DNA of 64,000 nucleotides from Hyphomicrobiales bacterium (GCA_036881905.1 JBAJNN010000003.1:27448-91447), one strand, 5' to 3'; counted from the stretch's first letter, positions 18,267 through 29,971 are shown. The notes: generated from the sequence alone by a model not told the origin. Made by a program: numbers and translations.

Positions 18267-21200
18267 ATGAACCAGGAGATTATAAATATCTTCGGCTCTG
18301 GCGAGCAGATGCAGAATTTTGACTCGATCAAGATCAGTGTGGCCTCTCCGGAGAAGATTCTGTCGTGGTCCTACGGCGAGATCAAGAAACCCGAAACCAT
18401 CAATTATCGCACCTTCAAGCCGGAGCGTGACGGGCTGTTTTGCGCGCGCATCTTCGGTCCGATCAAGGATTATGAGTGCCTGTGCGGCAAATACAAGCGG
18501 ATGAAGTATAAGGGGATTATTTGCGAGAAGTGCGGGGTTGAGGTCACCTTGTCGCGGGTGCGCCGCGAGCGCATGGGACATATCGAGTTGGCTGCTCCCG
18601 TCGCCCATATCTGGTTTTTGAAATCGTTGCCGAGCCGTATCGGCCTTTTGCTCGATATGACGCTGAAAGAAATCGAGCGGGTTCTCTATTTCGAGAGCTA
18701 TATCGTGCTTGAACCCGGCTTGACGCCCCTCAAATCCCGCCAATTGCTCACGGAGGAAGAGTTTGTCTCCTTGCAGGAAGAGTATGGCGAGGACACATTC
18801 AGGGCCTCGATCGGCGCCGAAGCCGTGCGCGAATTGCTGGCGGGCATCGAGCTTGAGCGATTGCGCGATGATTTGCGTCGTGACATTGTCGCGACCAATT
18901 CCGAACTCAAGCAGAAGAAACTCACCAAAAGACTCAATATTGTGGAAGCCTTTATCGCCTCGCATAATCGTCCCGAATGGATGATTCTGACCGTCCTGCC
19001 GGTTATTCCCCCCGAATTGCGCCCTCTGGTGCCATTGGATGGTGGACGGTTCGCGACCTCCGATCTCAACGACCTTTACCGCCGGGTCATCAACCGCAAT
19101 AATCGTTTGAAGCGATTGATCGAGCTTAAGGCGCCGGATATTATCGTGCGCAATGAGAAGCGGATGTTGCAGGAATCCGTCGATGCCCTGTTCGACAATG
19201 GCCGGCGCGGGCGCACGATTACCGGTGCCGGCAAGCGGCCTTTGAAGTCGCTGTCCGATATGCTGAAGGGTAAGCAGGGCCGGTTCAGGCAGAATCTGCT
19301 CGGCAAGCGCGTCGATTATTCGGGGCGTTCGGTTATTGTCGTGGGTCCGGAATTGAAGCTGCATCAATGCGGCCTACCGAAGAAAATGGCGCTCGAATTG
19401 TTCAAACCCTTCATCTACTCCAGGCTTGACGCCAAGGGGCTTTCTCACACGGTCAAACAGTCGAAAAAGCTGGTTGAGAAGGAAAAGCCGGAGGTCTGGG
19501 ACATTCTCGATGAGGTGATCCGCGAGCATCCGGTTATGCTGAATCGGGCGCCGACCTTGCATCGCTTAGGGATACAGGCTTTCGAGCCGGTTTTGATCGA
19601 GGGCAAGGCCATTCAGTTACACCCCTTAGTTTGCGCTTCCTTCAACGCCGATTTCGATGGCGATCAGATGGCCGTTCACGTTCCCCTGTCGCTTGAGGCC
19701 CAGCTTGAAGCACGCGTCTTGATGATGTCCACCAACAACATCCTGCACCCCGCCAATGGTACGCCGATCATCGTGCCATCGCATGATATTGTCCTTGGCC
19801 TTTATTATCTGTCGCATACACGCCAAAATGAACCGGGCGAGGGCATGGTCTTCGCCAATATGGATGAAATCGAACATGCGCTGAATGTCGGCGCGGTGAC
19901 GCTGCATTCCAAAATCAAGGCGCGTTACACCGGTGTCGATTCACAGGGCAACACGGTCACCAGACTTTATGAAACCTCTCCGGGGCGCATGAAGGTCGCC
20001 GATCTTCTGCCGCACCGGCCGGGAATCGGTTTCGATCTGGCCAATCGCCTGCTCGCCAAGCGCCAGATTACCGAAATGATCGATGTCGTTTACCGCCATT
20101 GCGGCCAAAAGGAGACGGTTATCTTCTGCGACCGGATTATGGCTCTTGGTTTCAGCTACGCTTTCAAGGCCGGCATTTCCTTCGGCAAGGACGACATGGT
20201 GATCCCCGAAACCAAGGAGGGGCTGGTTGACGAAGCCCGCCAGCTCGTCAAGGAGTATGAGCGGCAATATGTCGATGGTCTGATCACCCGGGGGGAAAAA
20301 TACAACAAGGTGATTGATGCTTGGGCCAGATGCACCGACAAGGTCGCCGATGAGATGATGGAGAGAATTTCGGCACGGGAAACCGAGTCCGACGGGCGGC
20401 GCGAAAAGCCGGTCAATTCGATTTATATGATGTCTCACTCCGGCGCGCGCGGCTCGCCGGCGCAAATGAAACAGCTCTCGGGCATGCGCGGCCTGATGGC
20501 GAGGCCCGACGGTTCGATCATCGAAACGCCGATTACCTCCAATTTCAAGGAGGGGCTGTCGGTTTTGGAGTATTTCAACTCGACTCATGGCGCTCGTAAG
20601 GGGTTGGCCGATACCGCGTTGAAAACAGCGAATTCGGGTTATCTGACCCGTCGTCTGGTCGATGTCGCACAGGATTGTATCGTGACCGAGTTTGACTGCG
20701 GCACCAAGGCCGGTATCAAATGCGTGCCGTTGGTCGATTCCGGCAAGGTGGTCGTGCCCTTGGCGCGGCGCGCTCTCGGCCGGACCGCGGCTGAAGACGT
20801 CATCGATCCGGTGACGGGCGATGTTATCGTGAAGGCCCATGATGAGATTCTCGAAGAGCATATCGGGCGGATTACGGCCTCGGGCATTCAGGAATTGCGC
20901 ATTCGCTCGGTGTTGACCTGCGAGACTGGATTCGGGGTCTGCGCCAAATGCTACGGGCGCGATCTCGCCCGCGGTACGCCGGTCAATCTCGGCGAGGCCG
21001 TCGGGGTCATTGCGGCGCAGTCGATTGGCGAGCCCGGCACCCAGCTGACCATGCGCACCTTCCATATCGGCGGCACCGCTCAGGTTCTTGACCAATCTTT
21101 CGTGGAAGCCTCTCAGGACGGTGTCGTTGCATTGCGCAACAAGGCCGTGGTGCGCGATTCTTCCGGCAGGCTCGTCGTCATGGGCCGCAACATGGTGCTG

Positions 21201-22436
21201 GCTATCCTTGACGACAAGGGCAATGAGCGCGCCGCGCACAAGGTTGTTTACGGCACCAGGTTGCATGTCAATAATGGTGACAAGGCCAAGCGGGGCGTTC
21301 GGCTGGCCGAGTGGGATCCCTATACTCGCCCGATTATCACCGAGGTTGCGGGCCGTATCGCCTTTGAAGATGTGGTTGAGGGGATTTCGATCAAGGAAGT
21401 GGCCAATGAGGCGACCGGCATTACCAGCCGCGTGGTCATGGACTGGCACGATACGCCGAGGGGGGCGGGGCTGCGGCCCGCCATCGTTGTGCGCGACGGA
21501 GACGGTTCGGTGGCCAAGCTGCCGCGTGGCGGCGAAGCGCGCTATCTTCTCTCGGTCGATGCGGTTTTGTCGGTCGAGCCGGGCGCTCGCGTCAATCCGG
21601 GCGATGTAGTCGCCCGGATCCCGACCGAAAGCGCCAAAACCCGTGACATCACCGGCGGTCTGCCGCGGGTGGCGGAGTTGTTCGAGGCGCGCCGTCCGAG
21701 AGATCATGCCATTATCGCCGAAATCGGCGGCATCGTGGAGTTCGGGCGGGACTACAAGAACAAGCGCCGTATTCGCATTCTCCCTGATGATGGCGGCGAT
21801 CCGGCGGAATATCTCATTCCGAAGGGCAAACATCTCCCGGTTCAGGAGGGCGATCGCATCGAAAAGGGGGAGTATCTCATGGATGGACATCCAGCACCCC
21901 ATGATATTCTGGCCATCAAGGGCGTCGAGGAGCTGGCGCGTTACATTATCGGCGAAATTCAGGAGGTCTATCGGCTCCAGGGTATGAACATCAATGACAA
22001 GCATATCGAGGTGATTGTCAGCCGGATGTTGCAGAAAGTCGAAGTTGAACATCCTGGAGGTAGTCTCCTGATTCGGGGCGAACAGATCGATCGCGCCGAA
22101 TTCGACGCGGTTAACGAGGCCTTGGAAAAAGAGGGCAAGGAGACGGCGACAGCTCGTCCGGTTCTTCTCGGCATCACCAAAGCCAGCTTGCAAACCCGCA
22201 GTTTCATTTCCGCCGCATCGTTTCAGGAGACGACCCGCGTTCTCACCGAGGCCGCCGTGACCGGCAAGGTCGATATGCTGAACGGGCTGAAGGAAAACGT
22301 GATTGTCGGTCGTCTTATTCCGGCGGGAACCGGCCGCGTTCTCGACAGTTACCGCCAAATCGCGGACAAGCGCGACAGGCTCATTCTTGAGGAAAGTCGA
22401 AAAGAGGATTTGGGGGACGTCGTCACTCAACACTGA
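18267..22436 (+). CDS. rpoC: DNA-directed RNA polymerase subunit beta'
   Basis: 1389 aa with a zinc-binding [20 protein letters not shown] and the catalytic [12 protein letters not shown] motif. Confidence 0.97.
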   Translation: MNQEIINIFGSGEQMQNFDSIKISVASPEKILSWSYGEIKKPETINYRTFKPERDGLFCARIFGPIKDYECLCGKYKRMKYKGIICEKCGVEVTLSRVRRERMGHIELAAPVAHIWFLKSLPSRIGLLLDMTLKEIERVLYFESYIVLEPGLTPLKSRQLLTEEEFVSLQEEYGEDTFRASIGAEAVRELLAGIELERLRDDLRRDIVATNSELKQKKLTKRLNIVEAFIASHNRPEWMILTVLPVIPPELRPLVPLDGGRFATSDLNDLYRRVINRNNRLKRLIELKAPDIIVRNEKRMLQESVDALFDNGRRGRTITGAGKRPLKSLSDMLKGKQGRFRQNLLGKRVDYSGRSVIVVGPELKLHQCGLPKKMALELFKPFIYSRLDAKGLSHTVKQSKKLVEKEKPEVWDILDEVIREHPVMLNRAPTLHRLGIQAFEPVLIEGKAIQLHPLVCASFNADFDGDQMAVHVPLSLEAQLEARVLMMSTNNILHPANGTPIIVPSHDIVLGLYYLSHTRQNEPGEGMVFANMDEIEHALNVGAVTLHSKIKARYTGVDSQGNTVTRLYETSPGRMKVADLLPHRPGIGFDLANRLLAKRQITEMIDVVYRHCGQKETVIFCDRIMALGFSYAFKAGISFGKDDMVIPETKEGLVDEARQLVKEYERQYVDGLITRGEKYNKVIDAWARCTDKVADEMMERISARETESDGRREKPVNSIYMMSHSGARGSPAQMKQLSGMRGLMARPDGSIIETPITSNFKEGLSVLEYFNSTHGARKGLADTALKTANSGYLTRRLVDVAQDCIVTEFDCGTKAGIKCVPLVDSGKVVVPLARRALGRTAAEDVIDPVTGDVIVKAHDEILEEHIGRITASGIQELRIRSVLTCETGFGVCAKCYGRDLARGTPVNLGEAVGVIAAQSIGEPGTQLTMRTFHIGGTAQVLDQSFVEASQDGVVALRNKAVVRDSSGRLVVMGRNMVLAILDDKGNERAAHKVVYGTRLHVNNGDKAKRGVRLAEWDPYTRPIITEVAGRIAFEDVVEGISIKEVANEATGITSRVVMDWHDTPRGAGLRPAIVVRDGDGSVAKLPRGGEARYLLSVDAVLSVEPGARVNPGDVVARIPTESAKTRDITGGLPRVAELFEARRPRDHAIIAEIGGIVEFGRDYKNKRRIRILPDDGGDPAEYLIPKGKHLPVQEGDRIEKGEYLMDGHPAPHDILAIKGVEELARYIIGEIQEVYRLQGMNINDKHIEVIVSRMLQKVEVEHPGGSLLIRGEQIDRAEFDAVNEALEKEGKETATARPVLLGITKASLQTRSFISAASFQETTRVLTEAAVTGKVDMLNGLKENVIVGRLIPAGTGRVLDSYRQIADKRDRLILEESRKEDLGDVVTQH

Positions 22437-23392
22437 TTCGAAGCCCTGCTCTTATCAGGGGTGTGATTCTGGGGTCGGGCAATGCCGACGCCATTGCAGC
22501 CGGGTGCAAAATAAAGGCCCCCACACATTCTTTGGTGCGACAGATCCCGCCGCCTTTCTGCAACATGGCTCGAGGAGTGGGTCGCTCCAGCTGGTGTCGA
22601 TCAGCCGAATCTGATGCGAAAGCGTTGGTTATGCCTGCTTTTCTTTTCTATTTTCGAGCAGTAAACCTCACCGATTTCCGATGTCGCTTTCACAAGGGGG
22701 CCGTCACAGGGTTCGCGTATCAATGCCGGCGATTTCAACGATCCGCACGCCCCCGTCAATGACCGGCGGCATTGCCGAAGCGGTTCGGGTCGGACGTTTG
22801 AATCTCCTCATTTACGTTTTCCCTGATGATGAAGCTGGAAATGAGCCTGTCCATTGCTATGAGACGGTTTAATTCCTCAAGTGATCGTCGCTTTGTTGCA
22901 AGGTTGCAATGGGGAAGGTCGGAATCAAGGCGGCCCTTCGCCTCGCCGATCGCACGGCCGGTAACCGATGCCTCGATGACGCCGCACGGAAGATGAAGGC
23001 AGCCTATGCACCCTTATCAGCCGGTATCGGCGCTCCCAGTCGATCCGGTGGCTTAAGTTCACCCCCGCTGCAATGCTTAGAGTCAGTATCTATTAATCCG
23101 GTCGAAATGGTGTGCGGCCATCGGCAAGACGGCACCACATGAGGCCACGGCGATTCCGGTCCCGGTACGTATTAAACTCATTTTTCTAACTCCCCATAGT
23201 GGGGAATGTTGGCCCCTCGGATGAAAAAACCGTTAAGCTTGTAAATTAAGCGGAACCTTAAGACCGGACGAAACGGTTGAGTGTACTTCACCCAGACGAT
23301 TGTCGCGGCGACACCGACCGTTGTCGCCTATAATTTATCCACCCCCTGCGTCCTGAAGGCGGACTGATAAGCCGGGTCGTCCCTCGGCTCGG

Positions 23393-24187
23393 TTATACCG
23401 CGACCGGGGCAGTAATAGGTGGGTGCGAGCGGTAGTTGACGACTTCAATGTCGTCGAAGCGGAAATCATCGATTCGTTTGCGGTCATTGTTCAAGACGAG
23501 CTTTGGCAACGGATAGGGTTGGCGTGAGAGCTGCTCACGGGCCTGATCGACATGATTAAAGTAGAGGTGAGCGTCGCCGATGGTATGGATCAATTCGCCG
23601 GCTGCAAGCCCACTCACCTTGGCCACCATATGGGTGAGCAACGCATAGGATGCGATATTGAACGGCAGTCCGAGAAAGATGTCGGCCGAGCGTTGGTAAA
23701 GCTGGCAGGATAACCGGCCTTCGGTGACGGAGAACTGGAACAGGCAGTGACAGGGCGGCAGCGCCATTCGGGTCATATCGGCCGGATTCCATGCCGAAAC
23801 CACCAATCTGCGCGAATCGGGGTCCTTGATGATCGCCTTGATGACGTCGGCCAACTGATCAATACTCTTGCCGTCTCCACCAGGCCATGACCGCCATTGC
23901 CGGCCGTAAACCGGGCCGAGATCACCATTTTCATCGGCCCATTCATCCCAAATGCCGACGCCGTTTCGTTTAAGGTAAGCGATATTGGTATCGCCACGGA
24001 TAAACCATAACAGCTCGTGAATGATGGACCGCAGATGCAGCTTCTTTGTGGTCACCAAGGGCAGACCGCGGGCCAGATCGAAACGCATCTGATGGCCGAA
24101 CAAGGATAATGTGCCGGTGCCAGTGCGGTCATTCTTCACCGGCGCATGGGTAAGACACCGGTCGAGGAGATCGAGATATTGCCTCAT
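23393..24187 (-). CDS. thyA: Thymidylate synthase (ThyA type)
   Basis: [38 protein letters not shown]... and ...[11 protein letters not shown].... The ATG at 24187 gives 264 aa; the ORF track starts 22 codons upstream. Confidence 0.93.
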   Translation of the reverse strand: MRQYLDLLDRCLTHAPVKNDRTGTGTLSLFGHQMRFDLARGLPLVTTKKLHLRSIIHELLWFIRGDTNIAYLKRNGVGIWDEWADENGDLGPVYGRQWRSWPGGDGKSIDQLADVIKAIIKDPDSRRLVVSAWNPADMTRMALPPCHCLFQFSVTEGRLSCQLYQRSADIFLGLPFNIASYALLTHMVAKVSGLAAGELIHTIGDAHLYFNHVDQAREQLSRQPYPLPKLVLNNDRKRIDDFRFDDIEVVNYRSHPPITAPVAV

Positions 24188-24454
24188 CGCGTTGAGCATG
24201 TCTCCTGAGGGAACGTTTCGTGAATGACTACGATTTTCGTGACTTTTTCGCAAGCTTCAAAGATACGATTTTCGTATATTAAGGTGTGCATTTTTTATTC
24301 GCAATGAGTATGATCGCGGCCAAGATCGGGGGCGTCGGTTGATTGGATGCCCCTTTCAAGAGAGTCCGATAGGGGGAGACAGAGGTGGAATCCCGCTTTT
24401 AGCGGACAGGCTTGAGCGTTTCGGGCCGATCCCGTTGGCCCGCATGGAGAAGAA

Positions 24455-26254
24455 ATGCGCATTCGACGGTTACCCGAGGGGCTTGTCAGCCGGATTGCCG
24501 CCGGCGAGGTCATCGAGCGTCCGGCCAGCATTGTCAAGGAACTGGTCGAGAATGCCATCGACGCCGGCGCGAAGGTGATTGATGTGGTGTTCGCGCAAGG
24601 CGGGCGCGGCCTGACCAGAGTAAGCGACGACGGTTGCGGCATGAGCGCCGAGGAGCTGGTTTTGGCGGTCGAACGCCATGCAACCTCCAAACTCGTCGAT
24701 GAGGCGCTGTTGCGGATCGAGACTTTAGGGTTTCGCGGCGAGGCCTTGCCCTCGATCGGCGCGGTGAGCCGGCTGTCCATTGCCTCAAGACCGCTGGATG
24801 CTGAAGCTGCTTACGAGATTTTTGTCGAGGGCGGGGTCGTGAGAGCGCCGAAACCGGTAGCCCTTGGCAGCGGGACCCGAGTGGAGGTTCGCGATCTTTT
24901 CTTCGCCGTACCGGCGCGGCTTAAATTTCTCAAATCACATCGCGCGGAAACGATTGCCGCCGGCGACGCGGTCAAACGTCTGGCCATGGCTCACCCCGAA
25001 ATCGCCTTTACGCTGACCGGCAATGAGCGCAATATCCTCAATTATGCGGCGACACCGCGTGACGATGCCGGTTTTCGCCGGCGGCTCGGCGATATTATGA
25101 GGCGTGAATTCATCGATAATGCCATATCGGTGTCGGCCGAGCGTGGCGGCATAAGGCTTAGCGGCTTCGCCGGGCTGGCGACGCTGAACCGGGCCTATGC
25201 CAATATGCAGTTTCTCTACGTCAATGGCCGCCCGGTACGCGACCGCCAACTGACGGGCGCGGTGCGCGCTGCTTATGGCGATGCGGTGCCGCGTGGACGT
25301 TACCCCATGATCGTGCTGTTTGTCGAATGCGCGCCCGAAGAGGTGGATGTGAATGTGCATCCCACCAAGGCGGAAGTCCGCTTTCGCGATCCGGGCCTGG
25401 TTCGTGGGCTGATCATTAGCGCCTTGCGCGCGGTTGTGGCCGAATCCGGCCATCGCACCTCGACCAGCCTTGCCGATTCCGCGCTTGATACTCTCAAAAC
25501 CGCGATGTCAAACCGCTCAATTGATCCGACCCGGCATTCCTCTGGTGGCGACAAGCGGCCCGGTATGGCCGGAGTCCGGCAAGCAATCTCGGCCCATAAC
25601 GCCCCTCTGCCCGGCTTTCACGAGGTCTCGGCGCAGGATGCGTCCTTGAAGGCGATTGACGATGCCGATATCGCGCGGCCACTCGGCGCGGCGCGCGCGC
25701 AGCTTCACGAAAACTATATCGTCGCCCAGACCGAGGATGGGATCGTGATCGTCGATCAGCACGCGGCTCATGAGCGCCTGGTTTATGAGCGCATGAAGCG
25801 CGCGCTTGAGCGCGATGGTATCGAGCGCCAGCCCTTGCTGGTGCCGGAGGTGGTGGAGTTGGACGAGGAGGCGGCGGAGCGCGTTCTCGCCGTCGCGGAC
25901 AGGCTGGCCCAACTGGGGCTGACCATTGAGGATTTCGGCGCCGGCAGCGTGATCGTCCGCGAAATTCCGGCCCGGCTCGGTAAGATCGACGCCAAGGGGC
26001 TTTTGCGCGATATTGCCGATGAGCTCGCGGAGGAGGGCGAAAGCCTGGCGCTGAAGGAAAAGCTAGACCATCTGCTCGCCACCATGGCCTGTTACGCGGC
26101 GGTGAGATCGGGCAGGCGGCTGAGGATCGAGGAGATGAACACTCTGTTGCGTGAAATGGAACGAACACCACTCTCGGGCCAGTGCAATCATGGCCGTCCG
26201 ACTTACATCAAGCTCAAACTCTCAGACATTGAACGGCTGTTTTCGCGGCGATAG
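24455..26254 (+). CDS. mutL: DNA mismatch repair endonuclease MutL
   Basis: MRIRRLPEGLVSRIAAGEVIERPASIVKELVENAIDAGA... and a C-terminal ...ACYAAVRSGRRL...CNHGRPTYIKL... Confidence 0.93.
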   Translation: MRIRRLPEGLVSRIAAGEVIERPASIVKELVENAIDAGAKVIDVVFAQGGRGLTRVSDDGCGMSAEELVLAVERHATSKLVDEALLRIETLGFRGEALPSIGAVSRLSIASRPLDAEAAYEIFVEGGVVRAPKPVALGSGTRVEVRDLFFAVPARLKFLKSHRAETIAAGDAVKRLAMAHPEIAFTLTGNERNILNYAATPRDDAGFRRRLGDIMRREFIDNAISVSAERGGIRLSGFAGLATLNRAYANMQFLYVNGRPVRDRQLTGAVRAAYGDAVPRGRYPMIVLFVECAPEEVDVNVHPTKAEVRFRDPGLVRGLIISALRAVVAESGHRTSTSLADSALDTLKTAMSNRSIDPTRHSSGGDKRPGMAGVRQAISAHNAPLPGFHEVSAQDASLKAIDDADIARPLGAARAQLHENYIVAQTEDGIVIVDQHAAHERLVYERMKRALERDGIERQPLLVPEVVELDEEAAERVLAVADRLAQLGLTIEDFGAGSVIVREIPARLGKIDAKGLLRDIADELAEEGESLALKEKLDHLLATMACYAAVRSGRRLRIEEMNTLLREMERTPLSGQCNHGRPTYIKLKLSDIERLFSRR

Positions 26255-26345
26255 GGGGTCTTCCGCGCCTTTTGCGTAAAGGTCAAACCCGGGAGGTGGC
26301 GCTCGAGGGACAATCCCCCTGTATAAGGTCATCACTGAGAGGGTC

Positions 26346-27314
26346 ATGGAGGACAGATCGCATATGGACACGAACAGAGCGGACATTTCACCCTATAATG
26401 TGTTTTCGCGCGCCGAATGGGCGCGGCTCAGGGCCGATACGCCGCTGACATTGAATGAAGCCGATCTCGACAGGCTCCATGGGTTCAATGATCAGGTCTC
26501 CATGGCCGAGGCGATCGAGATTTACCTGCCTTTATCGCGTCTCTTAAGCCTTTACGTCGGCGCAACCCTGTCATTGTTCAAGGCGACGCAACACTTCCTC
26601 GACAGCAATAATGGCAAGGTTCCCTATATCATCGGCATCGGCGGTTCGGTTGCCGCCGGCAAGACCACAACGGCGCGCCTTTTGCGCGAGTTGCTGACAC
26701 ATTGGCCTCATCACCCGCAAGTGGAGCTGGTGACAACGGATGGTTTTCTCCTTCCCAATCGAGCGCTTGAACAAGAAGATCTGATGGCGCGCAAGGGATT
26801 TCCGGAAAGCTATGATCTTGCCGCGCTTTTGCGGTTTTTATCGCAGGTCAAGTCAGGCCGACACCGGGTGAAGGCACCGATTTATTCTCATCTCGCCTAT
26901 GACGTGCTCGATGGCAAGTGGATCACGATCGACCGGCCCGATATTCTAATCGTTGAGGGGCTGAACGTCTTGCAGCCCGCCAAATTGCCACGTGAGGGGC
27001 GAACCATCCCCTTCGTCTCGGATTTTTTCGATTTTGCGATCTATATCGATGCCGACGAGACCTTGTTGCGGCAATGGTACATCGAGCGGTTTTTGCGGTT
27101 GCGCGACACGGCTTTTCGCGATCCGCGCTCTTATTTTCATCATTTTGCGACGATGGATGATGGCGAGGCTGAAAAAACCGCCAATCGGATTTGGGAGAGC
27201 ATCAATCTGGTTAACTTGCGCGATAATATCCTGCCCACCCGCCAGCGCGCCGATTTAATCCTGTGTAAAACGCAAGGTCATGAAGTCGGTCAAGTCTGGC
27301 TGAGAAAATTATGA
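26346..27314 (+). CDS. coaA: Type I pantothenate kinase
   Basis: It aligns along its whole length with E. coli CoaA, with P-loop [18 protein letters not shown] and C-terminal ...[13 protein letters not shown].... The start could instead be ATG 26364. Confidence 0.9.
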   Translation: MEDRSHMDTNRADISPYNVFSRAEWARLRADTPLTLNEADLDRLHGFNDQVSMAEAIEIYLPLSRLLSLYVGATLSLFKATQHFLDSNNGKVPYIIGIGGSVAAGKTTTARLLRELLTHWPHHPQVELVTTDGFLLPNRALEQEDLMARKGFPESYDLAALLRFLSQVKSGRHRVKAPIYSHLAYDVLDGKWITIDRPDILIVEGLNVLQPAKLPREGRTIPFVSDFFDFAIYIDADETLLRQWYIERFLRLRDTAFRDPRSYFHHFATMDDGEAEKTANRIWESINLVNLRDNILPTRQRADLILCKTQGHEVGQVWLRKL

Positions 27315-27363
27315 GCGAGAAGGCACGGGATCAAGACGCTGCCATGCGGTCATGTGGCTTTGT

Positions 27364-27981
27364 TCACGCGGTGGCGACGCTAATATGCATAAAAGTGGGC
27401 GGCGCGCACAGGCTCAAAATCTTCACCATGGCGGGGCGCGACAACGCGACGCAACCTTGCGTCGGCGCGTCATTCGGCCGTGCGATGTGGAAAAAGATCG
27501 CGCTGCCGCGACCGGGCCTTACCGGATCGTCATTGTAACCCAAAATCACCATGAGGTCGTAAAGCCCGTCTTCGCGCCACAAAGCTTCCGCATGGGTCGG
27601 GCAGGGCAGTTTGGCCGGACGGTTGTAACGAGGATCGCTGGGGTCGTCGCACCAGCCACAATTTGGAGCAAGCGGTCGGAACGGTAACGCCGTTTGCGGC
27701 AGGCCTAAGCGATCCGGTCGGTAATAGCCTTGGCGCAGAGGCCATACTCCGATAGGAGTGGCGCCGTCGCCTTCGTGTTTGTCGTCGGTGAGACCACTAC
27801 GGCCGAGGGCGCAGGGAAACTCAAGCGGCGATAGGCGCAGCCGGCCCCGGCTTGTCCCGAGCGTGGCGGCGGTGACGTAAATGTCATGGACTTTATCCGA
27901 GCCCATCTTCCGATCTTCCCTGGGGACCGAGCAAAATCCATCAGAAATTAAATATGCTGCCTTTCCTGCCCGGTCCGTCAC
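27364..27981 (-). CDS. L,D-transpeptidase (YkuD-like) family protein
   Basis: ...PGRGSAIFFHIARPNDAPTQGCVALSRPAMVKIL... is the catalytic His...Gly-Cys motif. An alternative start is ATG 27906. Confidence 0.6.
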   Translation of the reverse strand: MTDRAGKAAYLISDGFCSVPREDRKMGSDKVHDIYVTAATLGTSRGRLRLSPLEFPCALGRSGLTDDKHEGDGATPIGVWPLRQGYYRPDRLGLPQTALPFRPLAPNCGWCDDPSDPRYNRPAKLPCPTHAEALWREDGLYDLMVILGYNDDPVRPGRGSAIFFHIARPNDAPTQGCVALSRPAMVKILSLCAPPTFMHISVATA

Positions 27982-28064
27982 GCTGACCTCAAGTTGAAAA
28001 TGCTATTATAATATACGGATTATGTCACCCGGATCCAACGCTTTATATCTTGCGGGAAAAAGCC

Positions 28065-28817
28065 ATGATGGACGCAAAACGGCTGCTGATGGTTGAAAGC
28101 GACGATACGCTCGGCGAAGCGCTGAGCGAGCAATTGACCCTGTCGGGTGAATTCACTGTCCAGACCGTTGCCGCCATTGCCGATGCGATCGAGATTGCCA
28201 AGAGAAATCGCTTCGATCTTGTGTTGATCGACGCCGACCCGCCCGCGGCGGATGAACAGGGCAACCAAGGGCAAAAGGGAGAGCCGGAGCGTATCTGTGA
28301 CTCTGTGCTCATGAACGGCGTCAAAGCCCCGATCATTATGCTTGTTGCCCAAGGGCCTTCGCCCGAGGCCATCTCCTGCACCGGCGAAAGCGCCTGTCAC
28401 TGTGTCGCCAAACCCTTGCGTTTCAGCGTTTTGCTTGCGCGTATTCGCGCCGCTCTCGATCCTCACGGGCGCAGAGACGCGGCATGCTCGACCATCGGAC
28501 CCTACCGGTTTCAACCGGCGATGAACCGCCTGATCCATGATGATGGCAGTGTCATTCAACTCACAAGCAAGGAAACGGCGATCCTGCAATTCCTCAACAA
28601 GGCCGAAGCCGGGATCGTCAATCGCGAGGTTCTGCTGCGTGAGATTTGGGGATACAATGAGAGGGTTATGACGCACACGCTGGAGACCCACATTTATCAT
28701 TTGCGCCGGAAAATGCAAGGCGGACAGCCATGCCGGGACATTGTGCTCAGTGAAGCCGGCGGCTATAGGCTTTGCCGCCAGCATGAAGGCAACTCTCGAA
28801 TGGAAACCGAATCATGA
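28065..28817 (+). CDS. OmpR/PhoB-type response regulator (receiver plus winged-helix domain)
   Basis: MMDAKRLLMVESDD...FDLVLIDAD...CVAKPL is the receiver domain. ...LTSKETAILQFLNKAEAGIVNREVLLREIWGY...THIYHLRRKM...GGYRL is the trans_reg_C domain. The stop overlaps the holA ATG (ATGA, 28814-28817). Confidence 0.75.
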   Translation: MMDAKRLLMVESDDTLGEALSEQLTLSGEFTVQTVAAIADAIEIAKRNRFDLVLIDADPPAADEQGNQGQKGEPERICDSVLMNGVKAPIIMLVAQGPSPEAISCTGESACHCVAKPLRFSVLLARIRAALDPHGRRDAACSTIGPYRFQPAMNRLIHDDGSVIQLTSKETAILQFLNKAEAGIVNREVLLREIWGYNERVMTHTLETHIYHLRRKMQGGQPCRDIVLSEAGGYRLCRQHEGNSRMETES

Positions 28818-29905
28818 TGGAATTCAAGGCTGCGCGCATCGATGCTTTTATGAAAAATCCGGTTCCGGCGGTCAAGGCGGTTCTGATTCACGGTTCCGAT
28901 GAGGGGATGGTGCGCGAATATGCCTGCAAGCTGGTGGCGGTGGTCGCCGGAGCCGTGGATGATGTTTTCAATATTGCGAGACTCGATGACAAGGCTCTTT
29001 TGACCGATCCGGGCCTGCTCGCCGACGAGGCGCGCGCGATCTCGCTCATGGGGGGGCGGCGCGTGGTGTGGATCGGCAATGCGGGAAAAGGCCTTGCCCG
29101 CGCCGCCGGCAATTACCTGCCCGAGGCTCTCGGAGACAGCCTGATCGTCGCCGAGGCGGGCTGGCTGCGCAAGACCGATCCGTTACGGCGGCTTTTCGAG
29201 CGACGCGCCAACGCGCTCGCCGTGGCCTGTTACCCTGACGACACCGCTTCATTGCGCACATTGATCCTCGGCCAGCTCGAAGAGCACGGGCTGACGATCG
29301 CCGCCGATGCGCTGGCGCGTCTTCAGTCCCGGGTTGGGGCCGATCGGATGTTATCACGCTCGGAGGTGGAAAAACTCGTCCTTTATTGCCACGGCCAAAA
29401 TCGGGTCACGCTGCGCGATGTTGACGCCATTGGCGTCGATACCTCGTCTCTCGCCCTCGAATCGATGCTTGACGCGGTGTTTGAGGGCAATCCGAACGGC
29501 GCCGAGAAAACGTATGAACGGCTGACCGGCGCGGGCCTACCGGTGACGTCGATTACTATTACCGCAGCCAATCACATTGCCCTGTTGCAACGCTTGAAAG
29601 CAAGGATCGCCGCGGGGCAATCGGCGCAAACGGTCGTCGCCAGTGCCCGGCCGCCGATATTTTTTGCACGGCGCACTTCGTTTCTGCGCCAGCTCGGCCT
29701 CTGGACTATCGAGGCATTATTCATCGCCGCGGACAATATCGGCGATGCCGAACTCAAAACCCGCGAGCATGCGGCGCTCGCGGCCGACATCGTCGGCCAT
29801 GCGCTTCTCAATCTTGCGTGTCTTGCACAAAGTCGCTCAAGGCGCGGATCTGGTGTTCACTCTAGCGCGCCATTCGATCCGATTGAATCGAACCGGCGCT
29901 TTTAA
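28814..29905 (+). CDS. holA: DNA polymerase III subunit delta
   Basis: MMEFKAARIDAFMKNPVPAVKAVLIHGSDEGMVREYACKLV... is a typical HolA N-terminus at ~340-360 aa. The last ~15 codons lie inside repeat copy A. Confidence 0.7.
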   Translation: MMEFKAARIDAFMKNPVPAVKAVLIHGSDEGMVREYACKLVAVVAGAVDDVFNIARLDDKALLTDPGLLADEARAISLMGGRRVVWIGNAGKGLARAAGNYLPEALGDSLIVAEAGWLRKTDPLRRLFERRANALAVACYPDDTASLRTLILGQLEEHGLTIAADALARLQSRVGADRMLSRSEVEKLVLYCHGQNRVTLRDVDAIGVDTSSLALESMLDAVFEGNPNGAEKTYERLTGAGLPVTSITITAANHIALLQRLKARIAAGQSAQTVVASARPPIFFARRTSFLRQLGLWTIEALFIAADNIGDAELKTREHAALAADIVGHALLNLACLAQSRSRRGSGVHSSAPFDPIESNRRF

Positions 29906-29971
29906 ACTCTTTATTTCGTCTGCATAATCTTGATCGTCCTCGCTTTGCTTGTGGCTCGGATTATGCTCTAG
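29860..29971 (+). repeat. Bipartite palindromic intergenic repeat, copy A (RIME/REP-like)
   Basis: It is bounded by CTCTAG...CTCTAG and contains GATTGAATCG inside a first palindrome. A second hairpin is GCATAATC-N30-GATTATGC. It is similar to copies at 32293, 48004 and 53250. Confidence 0.8.

Noticed and set aside
19941-22433. An 830-aa minus-strand ORF. Other long antisense ORFs are similar, e.g. 18192..19367, 17215..17745 and 14053..14574.
   Set aside because: They lie entirely antisense to rpoC/rpoB, which have unambiguous homology. Their products are Arg/Gly/Ala-rich and low-complexity, as expected for shadow ORFs in GC-rich DNA.
22681-22872. A 63-aa plus-strand ORF (..GGRHRVRVSMPA..) that vaguely resembles a PilZ-type RxxxR start.
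   Set aside because: It has no DxSxxG second motif, it is very short, and there is no RBS. The similarity is too weak.
23228-23278. A possible thyA rho-independent terminator (AACCGTT ... AACGGTT followed by a T-run on the minus strand).
   Set aside because: The 7-bp stem encloses a ~37-nt loop with no convincing internal pairing, which is too weak to call without folding-energy computation.
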